A stretch of 64,000 bases of DNA from Candidatus Latescibacterota bacterium (GTDB lineage Bacteria; Latescibacterota; UBA2968; UBA8231). Position 1 is the stretch's first letter. Each line of letters begins with the position of its first letter. The notes beneath the pieces are model-generated. The model was not told the origin of the DNA. It searched no databases and saw nothing but the letters and a program-made list of their open reading frames with translations. The stretch lies in contig OZ242005.1 of assembly GCA_965204725.1 (NCBI GenBank), positions 512,001 to 576,000 on the forward strand. Direction: 5' to 3'. Shown here in pieces: positions 39,195-49,133 of this stretch. The translations under genes were made by a program, and so were the position numbers.

Positions 39195-39982
39195 GCGCGC
39201 TGAAAGTACGCGCCGATGGCAGCGGCTAGGCGCGTGAGGGCTTGGCTGCCCTCGGCCTGGGGATGCGCTCGGACGACCGGCTCCCCCGCATCGGCTTGGC
39301 TGCGGACGAGCGGGTCGAGCGGGATTTCGCCCAGATAGGGAATGCCCAAGCGGCCGGCTGTGGTGCGAGCCCCTCCGGCCCCGAAGATGGGGTCGGCATG
39401 GCCGCAGTGGTCGCAGTGGAAATAGCTCATGTTTTCGATCAAGCCGACGATGGGCACCTCGGTCTGGTGGAACATCTCAACGCCGCGGCGCACGTCTTCG
39501 AGGGCAATGGCCGAGGGCGTGGTGACGATCAAGGCGGCCGTCAAGGGGGCCACTTGGGTCAGGGTGATTTGGACGTCCCCAGTCCCGGGCGGTAAGTCGA
39601 TGAGCAGCAAATCGAGCTCGCCCCAAGTGACATTGAAGAGGAACTGGTGAGTCATCTTGGCCAGCATGGGGCCGCGCCACACGACCGGGGTTCCCGGGTC
39701 CATTAGCAAGCCCATGGAAATGGCTTTAAGCCCATGCTCGGACAAAGGCTGGATGCGGCCGTCCTCTGCGGTGGGTCGCCCCGCTAGACCGAGCAAGCCC
39801 GGGATGTTGGGGCCGTAGATGTCGGCGTCGAGTACGCCAACCTGTAGCCCTTGCTGGGCCAAGCTCGCGGCCAAGTTGGCGCAGAGCGTGGACTTGCCGA
39901 CGCCGCCCTTGCCGCTGGCTATGGCCAGTGTATCTTTAATACCGGGAATGGGTTGGCGGTTGTGGGTTTGTGGGGCGTTCAC
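39191..39982 (-). CDS. mrp: Mrp/NBP35 (ApbC) Fe-S carrier ATPase
   Basis: SGKGGVGKS, DADIYGP, WRGPM, DLPPGTGD, ENMSYFHCDHC; GTG start assumed. Confidence 0.9.
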   Translation of the reverse strand: MNAPQTHNRQPIPGIKDTLAIASGKGGVGKSTLCANLAASLAQQGLQVGVLDADIYGPNIPGLLGLAGRPTAEDGRIQPLSEHGLKAISMGLLMDPGTPVVWRGPMLAKMTHQFLFNVTWGELDLLLIDLPPGTGDVQITLTQVAPLTAALIVTTPSAIALEDVRRGVEMFHQTEVPIVGLIENMSYFHCDHCGHADPIFGAGGARTTAGRLGIPYLGEIPLDPLVRSQADAGEPVVRAHPQAEGSQALTRLAAAIGAYFQRA

Positions 39983-40064
39983 CGGAGTTCCTGCTGCGTA
40001 GTGGAAATTTGAAGTTAGAGGAAAGCTCTCTGCGCGGCAAGGGGGAGGACAGAGGAGGATAGCC

Positions 40065-40913
40065 ATGTATAGGATCGCGCTTTTAGTGGTCGTTTTGGCC
40101 CCTTTGGGTTGCACGAATGTCAACCAGATGCACGCGCTCTATCGGGAGGGCGACCACTCGCAGTTGGATCGGATCATGGAGATCGTCTCCCGCCAAGACT
40201 ATCCCTATGCCACGCGGCGCAAGGCCGCACGCATTCTCGGGGAGATCGGCGACCCGCGCGCCGTGCCCGTGCTGAAAATGGCACTCCAAGACTACGATCA
40301 GCGGACGACGCTCAAGCAGGACGCGCTCCGCTCGCTCGGGGCGATCGGCGACCAAGGCGCGGCCCCGGATATAGGGAGGCTGCTCGATCGATCGCTCAAT
40401 ACGGCCGACGCCGAGCTGCGGATGGCCGCTGTTGAAGCCCTCGGCCAGATGGGGGGGACCAAGGCGGCCGAAATTTTGGTGAATGCCCTCGGCTACTACG
40501 ACATACTCTCGCTACGCGCTGAGCAGCGAACCCGGCGGGGCGTGTTCACCGGCGAGGAGCGGCCCTTTCCCTATGGACCCTATGGAGCGCTCGCCGCCGA
40601 TTCCACGGACGGCCCGCGGCGCTATCCCAATATAGGGCTCGATCCCTTTGGCGAAGGGGGGCAGCCCCGCGTGAGCATGTTCGGCACGCCCATCGAGCCG
40701 ATGCAGATGGAATACGACCCCACTCCCGAGGAACGCGCCCTAACCCATCAGGCGATTACAGCCGTGGGGACGGACGCCATTCCGGTGATTGAAAACTACC
40801 TAGACAGCCTGCGCGTAAGCCCGACCTTGCGCAAGGAACTGCTGGCCATAATAGGCGAAATCACCGGGCCGCCGCCGCCGATACAAGTCGATTCCACGGC
40901 CGCTGGCCTGTAA
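40065..40913 (+). CDS. HEAT-repeat lipoprotein
   Basis: Lipobox PLGC; repeats AARILGEIGD, ALRSLGAIGD, AVEALGQMG. Confidence 0.8.
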   Translation: MYRIALLVVVLAPLGCTNVNQMHALYREGDHSQLDRIMEIVSRQDYPYATRRKAARILGEIGDPRAVPVLKMALQDYDQRTTLKQDALRSLGAIGDQGAAPDIGRLLDRSLNTADAELRMAAVEALGQMGGTKAAEILVNALGYYDILSLRAEQRTRRGVFTGEERPFPYGPYGALAADSTDGPRRYPNIGLDPFGEGGQPRVSMFGTPIEPMQMEYDPTPEERALTHQAITAVGTDAIPVIENYLDSLRVSPTLRKELLAIIGEITGPPPPIQVDSTAAGL

Positions 40914-40914
40914 G

Positions 40915-40943
40915 TTGACAAGGGTACGCCGAGCGCATATTAT
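40915..40943 (+). promoter_or_regulatory. Sigma70-type promoter
   Basis: TTGACA-N17-TATTAT. Confidence 0.7.
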
Positions 40944-41074
40944 AAAACCGCTCCAACCGAAAAATCACAAAAATAGTCGATAGGTTCCCCCCGTTGAGGG
41001 CGGGGTACGCGGACGCCTCGTGCGCCTGCTACCTCGGCCTGAAGGCCCAGCATAATTCGAGGTTTTCATCCATT

Positions 41075-41845
41075 ATGGAAAGCGATATCGGCCCGATCCT
41101 CGGCGCTTGGAAATACGCCCCAGGCGAGTTGAACGTGCGCAAAATCCGAGGCGGCAACGGCAGTGCAAAGCTCCAGATTCGCATGGATCTGGGCTTGATG
41201 CAGCTGGAGTGGCGGGGCCGTCCCGACGCCCTCCGCCCGCACGGCTATGGGTCGCTGTTGGATTACTACAGCCAAAAACAACGCGATTGGGAAAAGGCGC
41301 ACGGCCCGGGCACCTTTAGCCTCTCGCACGAGGATTGTTCCCAGTTGGCCCAAGAGGCCATGAAATACTACTGGCGGCGGCTCGGTTTTTTTGAACTGAA
41401 GGAATACCAGCGAGCCGAAGAGGACGCCGTCCACAACCTCGCCATCCTCGACTTGTGCTACGAATACGCCGAAGAGGACGAAGATCGCCAGCTAGCCGAA
41501 CAATACCGCGTCTTTGTCACGGCGCATCGAGTGCAAGCACACGCGCTGGCCTGTCTAGAAGCCGAAAACCACGCCGAGGCCCTAGGCGAGATTCGCCGAG
41601 GCATCGCCGAGATCGAGGCGTTCCTCGCCAAAATTGGTCAACTGGACCAGATCAGCGAGTGCCCCGAGTTGCTCTTTTTGCGCGAGTGGGAAGGCGAGGT
41701 AGAAAGCACTCGGCCGCGCACGTTGCGCGAGCAGCTAACGGCTGATTTGCAGGCCGCGATTGAGACGGAGCGATTCGAGGTGGCCGCTTCGCTCCGGGAT
41801 CGCTTGCGTTCGCTCGAGACCGAGCAAGCCGGCAGGTTGCCTTGA
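41075..41845 (+). CDS. UvrB/UvrC (UVR) motif-containing protein of unknown function
   Basis: C-terminal L..AI..ERFE.AA.LRDRL coiled motif; DLGLMQLE..GRPD N-terminal segment. Confidence 0.8.
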   Translation: MESDIGPILGAWKYAPGELNVRKIRGGNGSAKLQIRMDLGLMQLEWRGRPDALRPHGYGSLLDYYSQKQRDWEKAHGPGTFSLSHEDCSQLAQEAMKYYWRRLGFFELKEYQRAEEDAVHNLAILDLCYEYAEEDEDRQLAEQYRVFVTAHRVQAHALACLEAENHAEALGEIRRGIAEIEAFLAKIGQLDQISECPELLFLREWEGEVESTRPRTLREQLTADLQAAIETERFEVAASLRDRLRSLETEQAGRLP

Positions 41846-43611
41846 AAGGGCGATTGCTGCCGAGGGGTGGGCCGAGAGGAGTTGTCTCTCGGCCCTTTTA
41901 CTTTGCCCTGTTTGCCCTGTTTGCCTTGTTCAGCGCTTGCGGGCAAATGGCCCCTAAGACGACGCCCGGAGTGCCAACGGTCCAGATCATCCAAGAACAG
42001 CTACCCGTAGTAGGCGACAACCTGCTCGACTTGCAGTTGTTCAGGCCGGGCACGGGATCGCTCCTGCTGATCGCTGTGCTGGAGTGGGAAACTCCTTCGG
42101 GTGCCCAGCACACGGCTGAGCATCGGTTGCAAGTGCCGCGGGGGCGTCTCGTGCGCTACGCGCTGCCCTATCGGTTGGAAGAGGTTGGCATCCACCGCGC
42201 GTCCCTGCGGCTGTACGATCCAGAGCGCGACGCGCCCATCCACGCGGCCGAAGAGTTGCGCCTGTTGGCCCGCCCCGCTTGGGAGCTTTCGGGCGATCGC
42301 TCGTATTACACCGTAGAGGATGCGATTCGCTTCCGGCTGCGGCGCAATCGCCCTGACGATACGCCCATCCCCGCCACAGTCGAGTTGCGGCGCGGCATTG
42401 AGGTCTTAGATCGCGTGGAGGTAAACATGGTCGGGCCAGAGGTCTCCGGGGCCTTTGACATATACGACTTGCCCGCGGGGCGGTACTGGCTGGCGGCGCA
42501 GTGGCATGATCCGGTCGGCGGGGCCGATTCGCTCGCCGTGCCCTGCGAGAAGTTCGCGCCGGCCGCCAGCGAGGTGAAAATCGACCTGTTCAGCCAGTCC
42601 TTGCTCGTCGATGGCGAGCCGTTCTTTCCCATTGGCCTGTACTGGCTGCGGGCGGATATTCTCGCCCCCATGCGCCAACTGCATTTCAATTCCGGCGATT
42701 ACTTCTACAAGTTGCGCGGCGAAGAAATTGCCGAGCTGATGGACGAGGCGGCTGCGGCGGGAATGTACATCCTGCTGGAGCTAACCGAGTACGCGCGGCG
42801 GCGGCCCGAGCCAGACTACCGGGCCATTGCTGCTATGGTCGAGCGGTATCGGCAGCATCCAGCGCTGCTGGCTTGGTACATCGTCGATGAGCCGGGAGAA
42901 ACCAAGATGGATCCGGCCGCGGCTGAGGCCATATACGAGCTCGTGCGGAAGCGCGACCCCTATCACCCGACCTATTTGGTCAACAACCGGCCGAAGCTAT
43001 ACGCGACATATTCCGGGGCCAGCGATATTCTGGCCATAGACGTCTATCCGATCCCGAATTACCCCATCAGCCGAGTGCGCGACTCCATGCAGCAGGCGCG
43101 CTGGACTTCGCTGGAGCGAAAACCCGTCTGGTTGGTCGCCCAAGCCTTTGGCGGCGTGGAGCACTGGCCGCGCTCGCCGACAGCGACCGAGTTGCGGAAC
43201 ATGATCTACCAAGGGCTGGTCGGGGGGGCCAAGGGCGTGTTGTTTTACCGCTATTGCCAAGAGAACGAACGCCACATTCAGCCCTTGGCGCTGTGGCGAG
43301 AAGTGCAGCGCCTCGCGGCCGAGCTTGCCGAGTTGGGGCCGGTGCTCTTGCAGGAGGAGCATCGCTTGGAGGCGGCCGGTGGCGGGGTCGAAGTGGCGGT
43401 CAAAGAATACAAACGCGATTTTTACGTCTTTGCCGTCAACGTCGCCGAAGAGCCGCGGCGGCTCGATTTGCGCTTGGCCGGCTTGCCGCCTATGAGGCGA
43501 GCCGAAGTACTCCACGGACAAGCGGTCCCAACGCTGGCCAACGGACGGCTCGCGGCCGAGCTCGGGCCGCTGGGCACGGCGGTTTTTCGGTTGCAGACCG
43601 CGGGCATTTGA
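41842..43611 (+). CDS. Putative glycoside hydrolase-like (TIM-barrel) lipoprotein
   Basis: Lipobox FSAC; VDGEPFFPIGLY, HPALLAWYIVDEP, DPYHP, DVYP, KPVWLVAQAF. Confidence 0.65.
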   Translation: MKGRLLPRGGPRGVVSRPFYFALFALFALFSACGQMAPKTTPGVPTVQIIQEQLPVVGDNLLDLQLFRPGTGSLLLIAVLEWETPSGAQHTAEHRLQVPRGRLVRYALPYRLEEVGIHRASLRLYDPERDAPIHAAEELRLLARPAWELSGDRSYYTVEDAIRFRLRRNRPDDTPIPATVELRRGIEVLDRVEVNMVGPEVSGAFDIYDLPAGRYWLAAQWHDPVGGADSLAVPCEKFAPAASEVKIDLFSQSLLVDGEPFFPIGLYWLRADILAPMRQLHFNSGDYFYKLRGEEIAELMDEAAAAGMYILLELTEYARRRPEPDYRAIAAMVERYRQHPALLAWYIVDEPGETKMDPAAAEAIYELVRKRDPYHPTYLVNNRPKLYATYSGASDILAIDVYPIPNYPISRVRDSMQQARWTSLERKPVWLVAQAFGGVEHWPRSPTATELRNMIYQGLVGGAKGVLFYRYCQENERHIQPLALWREVQRLAAELAELGPVLLQEEHRLEAAGGGVEVAVKEYKRDFYVFAVNVAEEPRRLDLRLAGLPPMRRAEVLHGQAVPTLANGRLAAELGPLGTAVFRLQTAGI

Positions 43612-43664
43612 ACAGGTGATCCACTGGCCCTTTGGAGCCGGTTCGGTTAAAGGAGAAGGGAGCT

Positions 43665-44153
43665 ATGGCCAAAAAGGTGGCCCTCAACAAGCGAGAGCGC
43701 GAGAAAATGAAGAAGATGCTCTTGGTGCGTCGCGCTGAATTGCTCAGCGATTTGGACGGCACCGAGCACGAGATTGACGAGCTGCAAGACCCCAAGGCCG
43801 ACGATCTAGATCGAGCGGTTGAGGCTGGAGCCATGGAGCTGTTGGTCGCTCTGGGCGATACCGAGCGCCGCGAACTGGAGGAGGTCATGCTGGCGCTCGA
43901 AAAGCTGGACAGCACGACCTACGGCAAGTGCGAAGCCTGCCTTGAAAAGCCCTTAAACCTGTGCCCGACCTGTCCGTTTATTCCCAAGCCGCGCTTGGAG
44001 GCGCTGCCTACGGCCCGGCTGTGCGTGTCCTGTCAGGAGGCCGAGGAGCAAAACCGGATTCCATCCTATACCCGGCTGCGCCCGCGGCGGATGTTTGGCG
44101 AGGACATAGAAGAGTTTTCGCATCCCCTGATGGATTCAGAGGACGACCGATAG
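43665..44153 (+). CDS. dksA: DksA/TraR C4 zinc-finger protein with an extra CxxC
   Basis: Coiled-coil tip DDLDRA (DxxDxA); YGKCEAC...RLEALPTARLCVSCQ. Confidence 0.8.
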   Translation: MAKKVALNKREREKMKKMLLVRRAELLSDLDGTEHEIDELQDPKADDLDRAVEAGAMELLVALGDTERRELEEVMLALEKLDSTTYGKCEACLEKPLNLCPTCPFIPKPRLEALPTARLCVSCQEAEEQNRIPSYTRLRPRRMFGEDIEEFSHPLMDSEDDR

Positions 44154-44180
44154 GCTCCATTATTCGAGTCGAGCTAAAGA

Positions 44181-44221
44181 AAGGGCGGCCTAAGCGGGTG
44201 TTAGCAGCTTGGGCCGCCCTT
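44181..44221. terminator. Hairpin between convergent dksA and TolC genes (probable terminator)
   Basis: AAGGGCGGCCTAAGC ... GCTTGGGCCGCCCTT, 15-bp stem with one wobble. Confidence 0.7.
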
Positions 44222-44248
44222 GTATTTGGAGTGGGATTGAGTGAGAAG

Positions 44249-45688
44249 CTAAGGAGCCAGTTCTTTGAGCTCGGCCATCGTGGCGAGCCGGGCGTTTTTG
44301 AGCTGGCGCTGGTAGCCTATAACCGCGCCTAGGGCGTTGATCTGGGCCTGAGTCAAATTGCCTTGGGCTTGGAGCAATTGTTGGCTGTCGGCCAAGCCGA
44401 GTTCAAAGCGGCTCTGCTCGACGTCGTAGGTGCGCTGGGCAAATTCGAGGGCGGCTTGGCGCAGGTCAATCTGGCGCTCGGCCTCGTGGACGCGGCGCGT
44501 GGCGTCGCGGATCTCCTGAATGATTTGGCGGCGCTGCTGCTCGCGGGTGATGCGGCTTTGCTCCAAGTCGATGCGCGCTTGGCTGACGTTGGCGCGCCGC
44601 TGGCCGCTGTCGACCAGCGGCAGGATGACCCTCAGCTCGACTCCCCACCGATTGCGCTCAAAGTTGTCGCGGATCGCGCCGATTTCGTCGCCGTGCCCCC
44701 GCATGCTGACGTTGGCGCCAAACGTCGCGTTAATGCCGTTGCGGCGGCGGGTGTTTTTTAGCTCCAACGCACGGATTTCCGCAAAAATTTCGGCTCGTTT
44801 CATATCGGTGCGGCGCGCCAAGCCAATTTCAAGGGCGCGTTCAAGGTCAATGGGGTGAATCTCGTACTGGACCTCGGTGTCGATTTCGAGCGGGGCCCAC
44901 ACGTCGGTCCCCAAGGTCTCGCGGAGTATGTCGCGGCGCAATTCGATGTTGGTCTGGGCTTGGTCGTACGTGGCCTCGGCCTGTAGCATCTCCACCTGTA
45001 AGCGCAGGGCTTCCACTTCGGCGATGAGGCCGACCTCAAATTTTCGTTGTGCCAGCTCCAAATTGGCGCGCGATTGCTCTAGGCGCTGCTGCTCTATTTC
45101 GAGTTCGCGGACGCTCTGCACCAAATTGTAGTAATCGTCAATGACTTGCCCCTCTAGCTGGAGCCGCTGGCGGTCGAATTGGAGGCGGGCGCTTTGCAAG
45201 CCGTGCTCGGCCTGCTTGAGTGCGATCTCCTCGCTGGGCTGGCCGAGGATGTCGCGCTCGTAAGAAAGGCGCATCGAACCCGAATAGTCGAGGAAGTCGG
45301 CGCGGCGATTGGACGAGAAGTCGCGGCGCAGGGCCGCAGAGTTCAGGGTGAATTGCCCGAGGTGGCGCAGGCGCTGGGTCATGCGGATATTGCCCGAGTA
45401 CAAGACATCGGAGCTCTCTTCGCGGACTCGGGTTTCGAGGGCGATGTTTTCTTGGGTATCGCTCAGCCCCGTAAAGCTGGGGACGGTGACGTCGGCGTTC
45501 ATGTTAAAGGCAAAGGGCGCCCGCGCCGTCGTGAGCTGGGCGCGGCTGCTGGCTAGGGTTTGTTGGTCCCTTTGGTGTTGCAAGTTGTTTTGCATGGCCA
45601 AGTCAATGCACTCTTGCAGCGAGAGCACCTCGGCTGTAGAGCCGGTGGAGGCGATTAGCAAACCGACCAGTGCCCATTGGTATTTCAT
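44249..45688 (-). CDS. TolC-family outer membrane efflux protein
   Basis: Signal peptide; LSLQECIDLA, YYNLV, RKFEVG, RFELG repeat pattern. Confidence 0.85.
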   Translation of the reverse strand: MKYQWALVGLLIASTGSTAEVLSLQECIDLAMQNNLQHQRDQQTLASSRAQLTTARAPFAFNMNADVTVPSFTGLSDTQENIALETRVREESSDVLYSGNIRMTQRLRHLGQFTLNSAALRRDFSSNRRADFLDYSGSMRLSYERDILGQPSEEIALKQAEHGLQSARLQFDRQRLQLEGQVIDDYYNLVQSVRELEIEQQRLEQSRANLELAQRKFEVGLIAEVEALRLQVEMLQAEATYDQAQTNIELRRDILRETLGTDVWAPLEIDTEVQYEIHPIDLERALEIGLARRTDMKRAEIFAEIRALELKNTRRRNGINATFGANVSMRGHGDEIGAIRDNFERNRWGVELRVILPLVDSGQRRANVSQARIDLEQSRITREQQRRQIIQEIRDATRRVHEAERQIDLRQAALEFAQRTYDVEQSRFELGLADSQQLLQAQGNLTQAQINALGAVIGYQRQLKNARLATMAELKELAP

Positions 45689-45864
45689 TGCAGAACCCCT
45701 ACGTAATCGGATGGCGAGTGAGATGCAGTGGTTGTCTGTAATTATACGACACGCGTTTTACTATTGCCAACCGCACCGCGTGGGCGGCACCCATTTTTCG
45801 GCCGTGCGTTTTATACGTACTTTAATGGACTTAAACATACCGCGAATTTACAAGGAGCTATACC

Positions 45865-46614
45865 ATGCCCACCCTCACCTCGCAAGCACTCGCGTCCGAA
45901 AAAACCGCTGCCGACCTCGCGGTCAAAATTTTTGCCGACGGGGCCGACCGCGCTAGCATGTTGGCTAGCTATGCCAATCCGCTCGTTGCTGGGTTTACGA
46001 CCAATCCCACCTTGATGCGCCAAGCGGGCGTCACCGACTACCGGGCCTTTGCCCGCGACATCGTCGCGGCCATTCCCGACCGCCCCATTTCCTTTGAAGT
46101 CTTTTCAGACGAGTTCGGCGACATGGAGCGCCAAGCCCACGAGATCGCCACTTGGGGCGAAAACGTGTACGCCAAAATTCCCGTCAGCAACACCAAGGGC
46201 GAGGTCAGCTACGACTTAGTCCATCGGCTGTCTCAAGGCGGGGTCAAGGTGAACGTCACGGCGATTTTTCTGCTCGACCAAGTGCGAGAAGTAGCGGCCG
46301 CAGTCGAGGGCGGGGCGCCGTGCTGCGTGTCGGTCTTTGCCGGCCGCATCGCCGATGCCGGGCTCGACTACATGCCGGTCATGGCCGAATCGGTCGAGCT
46401 GCTCGCGCCCAATCCCCGCGCCGAGCTTATATGGGCCAGCCCCCGCGAAGTGTACAATGTCGTCCAAGCCGACCGCATCGGCTGCCACATCATCACCTGC
46501 ACCAGCGACATCATCAAAAAGCTGCCGACCTTGGGCAAGGAACTGGGGCGGTTCTCGCTAGAGACGGTACAGACCTTTTACGCGGATGCCACGGCGGCCG
46601 GCTACAGCCTGTGA
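45865..46614 (+). CDS. tal: Transaldolase (short type)
   Basis: IFADGA, GFTTNPTL, ISFEV, YAKIP, NVTAIF, SVFAGR. Confidence 0.88.
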   Translation: MPTLTSQALASEKTAADLAVKIFADGADRASMLASYANPLVAGFTTNPTLMRQAGVTDYRAFARDIVAAIPDRPISFEVFSDEFGDMERQAHEIATWGENVYAKIPVSNTKGEVSYDLVHRLSQGGVKVNVTAIFLLDQVREVAAAVEGGAPCCVSVFAGRIADAGLDYMPVMAESVELLAPNPRAELIWASPREVYNVVQADRIGCHIITCTSDIIKKLPTLGKELGRFSLETVQTFYADATAAGYSL

Positions 46615-46622
46615 ACCGGCCG

Positions 46623-47207
46623 ATGAATTACACCCAACAGTACTTGGCCGCGGTCGCTCAAGTCATTGAGCAGCTCGACCACAAGGAGATCGAAGCGATG
46701 GTGCGGCTCTGCGTCGAGACCCGGCAGCGCGGGGGGCGGCTTTTTATTCTCGGAGTGGGGGGCAGCGCGGGCAATGCGAGCCACGCGGTCAACGACTTTC
46801 GCAAGATCGCGGGTATAGAGTCTTATGCACCGACGGACAACGTCTCGGAGCTAACGGCGCGCATCAACGACGAGGGCTGGGATACGAGCTTTGCCAACTG
46901 GCTCAAGGGCAGCCGCTTAAACGAAAAGGATCTGGTCTTGGTCTTGTCGGTCGGCGGTGGCAATCGCCCGCTGAACACAAGCGTCAATTTGGTTGTAGCG
47001 CTGGAGTACGCCAAAGAGGTCGGCGCCAAAATCTGCGGCATCGTGGGGCGCGATGGCGGCTTTACCGCCCAAGTCGCCGATGCCTGCGCGATTGTGCCGA
47101 CCGTCGCCCCGGATGCGGTCACGCCGCTGACGGAATCCTTCCAAGCCGTTATATGGCATTTAATTGTCTCGCATCCCGAGGTGCAAGTGGAGCGCACCCG
47201 ATGGTAG
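46623..47207 (+). CDS. SIS-domain phosphoheptose isomerase (GmhA-like)
   Basis: GVGGSAGNASH, TARINDEG, LSVGGG, SVNLV, GRDGG. Confidence 0.85.
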   Translation: MNYTQQYLAAVAQVIEQLDHKEIEAMVRLCVETRQRGGRLFILGVGGSAGNASHAVNDFRKIAGIESYAPTDNVSELTARINDEGWDTSFANWLKGSRLNEKDLVLVLSVGGGNRPLNTSVNLVVALEYAKEVGAKICGIVGRDGGFTAQVADACAIVPTVAPDAVTPLTESFQAVIWHLIVSHPEVQVERTRW

Positions 47208-47229
47208 CGTTCACAACGAGAGGCTGAAC

Positions 47230-48282
47230 ATGTCTGCGGTCGTCCAAGGCTTGCGCCAATTTTTGCACTGCTATGTTCCACAACTAGAACAGGAGATGCG
47301 CTCGTTCCTCGTCGTGCGCGAGCCCGAGGAATTGCTGTACCGGCTGATGCGCGACTACCCAGAGCGCGGCGGCAAGCGCTTCCGCCCGGTGCTGGTGCTC
47401 TTGGCGTGCCAAGCCTGCGGCGGCGACGTGAAGAAAGCCATGCGGACGGCGGTGGCCTTTGAGATGTTTCAGTCGTTTGCCGTGGTCCACGACGATATTG
47501 AAGACGATTCGGAGATGCGGCGCGGCCAGCCCTGCTTGCACAAGCTGCACGGCATCCCATTGACCATCAACGTCGGCGATGCCCTGTACGCCAAAGTCTT
47601 TGAAATCCTCAGCGGGAACCGCGCGGTGTTAGGCCCGGAGGTCGCGCTCGATTTGATCGACGAGATGATCCGCGGCTCGTGCGAGACGTTTGAAGGGCAG
47701 GCTTATGACGTCGGCTGGATTCGCCAGCACTACATTCCCAGCGAGGTCGAGTTTATGACCATGTTGCGGAAAAAGACCGGGTGGTACACCGGCCGAGGGC
47801 CGTGTACGGCCGGGGCGATTATCGCCGGTGCCCAGACGGAGTTGCGCGCTGGTCTCGGCGACTTTGGCGAGGCCATGGCCATCGCGTTCCAGCTCCGCGA
47901 CGACCTACTCAACATGTGCTCTTCCGAACAAGACGCCGGTTCAGCGCCCGGGATTACTTCCGGGGCCTACGGCAAGGAGCGGGGGGGAGATATTGCAGAA
48001 GGGAAGCGGACCTTGATTATCATCGACCTATTGGGCAAATGCACGGCCGCGGAGCGCGAGGAGGTGCTGGCGATCTTGCACCAAGAGCGGCACCGCAACA
48101 CGGCGGCCGAGATCGAGCGCGTTATCTCCTTAGTCGAGCACTACGAATGCGACCGCTACGTCGAGCGCGTGTGCCAGCAGAAGGCCGAAGAGAGCCGGGC
48201 GCACCTAGCGCGGCTTCCGGCCAACCCGGCGCGCGATATGCTCGGAGAGATGCTAGACTTTCTGGTGCGACGCACCTTTTAA
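47230..48282 (+). CDS. Polyprenyl diphosphate synthase (short-chain, IdsA/GGPPS-like)
   Basis: GGKRFRP, HDDIED...RRG, GQ..D, KT, FQLRDD, GDIAEGKRT. Confidence 0.9.
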   Translation: MSAVVQGLRQFLHCYVPQLEQEMRSFLVVREPEELLYRLMRDYPERGGKRFRPVLVLLACQACGGDVKKAMRTAVAFEMFQSFAVVHDDIEDDSEMRRGQPCLHKLHGIPLTINVGDALYAKVFEILSGNRAVLGPEVALDLIDEMIRGSCETFEGQAYDVGWIRQHYIPSEVEFMTMLRKKTGWYTGRGPCTAGAIIAGAQTELRAGLGDFGEAMAIAFQLRDDLLNMCSSEQDAGSAPGITSGAYGKERGGDIAEGKRTLIIIDLLGKCTAAEREEVLAILHQERHRNTAAEIERVISLVEHYECDRYVERVCQQKAEESRAHLARLPANPARDMLGEMLDFLVRRTF

Positions 48283-48298
48283 TCGGTTCGGAGGGGGT

Positions 48299-49048
48299 TT
48301 AGTGTTCTTTGATGCTGCCCATCTGGATCTCGATGTCCTCGCGGTTGGCTACCCGCTCTAGCTGGCCATCGCGGATCCAAGCCATGCGGTCGGCCGCGGT
48401 GAGCATTTTGTCGTCGTGGGTCACGGTAATGATCGTCGTCCCCATCTCCTGTTGCAGGCTTTTCATGTAGTTGATGATTTCCTGCCCGGTGTTGCTGTCG
48501 AGGTTGCCGGTCGGCTCGTCGGCGAGGATGATGCGCGGCTTGTTGACAAACGCGCGGGCAATGGCTACGCGCTGCTGCTGACCGCCCGACAGCTCGGAGG
48601 GGATGTGGTGCGCCCTATCGTCTAGGCCGACGATCTTCAAACATTCCATGGCCCGCCTTTCGCCCTCGGCCGTGGTCATGCCGGCAAACACCGTGGGCAG
48701 CGACACGTTCATCAGCGCGCTCATCACCGGCAGAAGGTTGTAGGTCTGAAAAATGTACCCCAGCTCAAAACAACGCACGGCCGCTAGCTGCTGCGCGTTG
48801 AGCGTCGCCAGATTGACCCCCTCGATGAGCACCTCGCCGTCGGTGGGCGTCTGCAGGGCGCCGATCATGTTGAACAGCGTGCTCTTCCCCGACCCAGAAG
48901 GCCCCATAATGGCGAAAAATTCGTTTTCGTACACCTGTATGCTCAAACCGCGCAGCGCGTGAACATGCGTTGATTCATCGCGGTTTTTGGCGTTGTAAAC
49001 CATCTTGACTTCTTGGACATCGACGATCACATCGCGGCCATTTAACAT
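48299..49048 (-). CDS. ABC transporter ATP-binding protein (orphan)
   Basis: [32 protein letters not shown]. Confidence 0.9.
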   Translation of the reverse strand: MLNGRDVIVDVQEVKMVYNAKNRDESTHVHALRGLSIQVYENEFFAIMGPSGSGKSTLFNMIGALQTPTDGEVLIEGVNLATLNAQQLAAVRCFELGYIFQTYNLLPVMSALMNVSLPTVFAGMTTAEGERRAMECLKIVGLDDRAHHIPSELSGGQQQRVAIARAFVNKPRIILADEPTGNLDSNTGQEIINYMKSLQQEMGTTIITVTHDDKMLTAADRMAWIRDGQLERVANREDIEIQMGSIKEH

Positions 49049-49133
49049 AACGCACTCCTGCTTTGATATTGCTGTTTCAAGAGGGATCAATCTAAAATGG
49101 ACCCCGCGGCCGGTCAAACTTGGCGCGTGGCCT

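Noticed and set aside
41902-41928. 9-bp tandem repeat (TTTGCCCTG x3, last imperfect) as a phase-variation tract
   Set aside because: In-frame unit encoding FAL in a signal peptide; copy changes would not shift the frame
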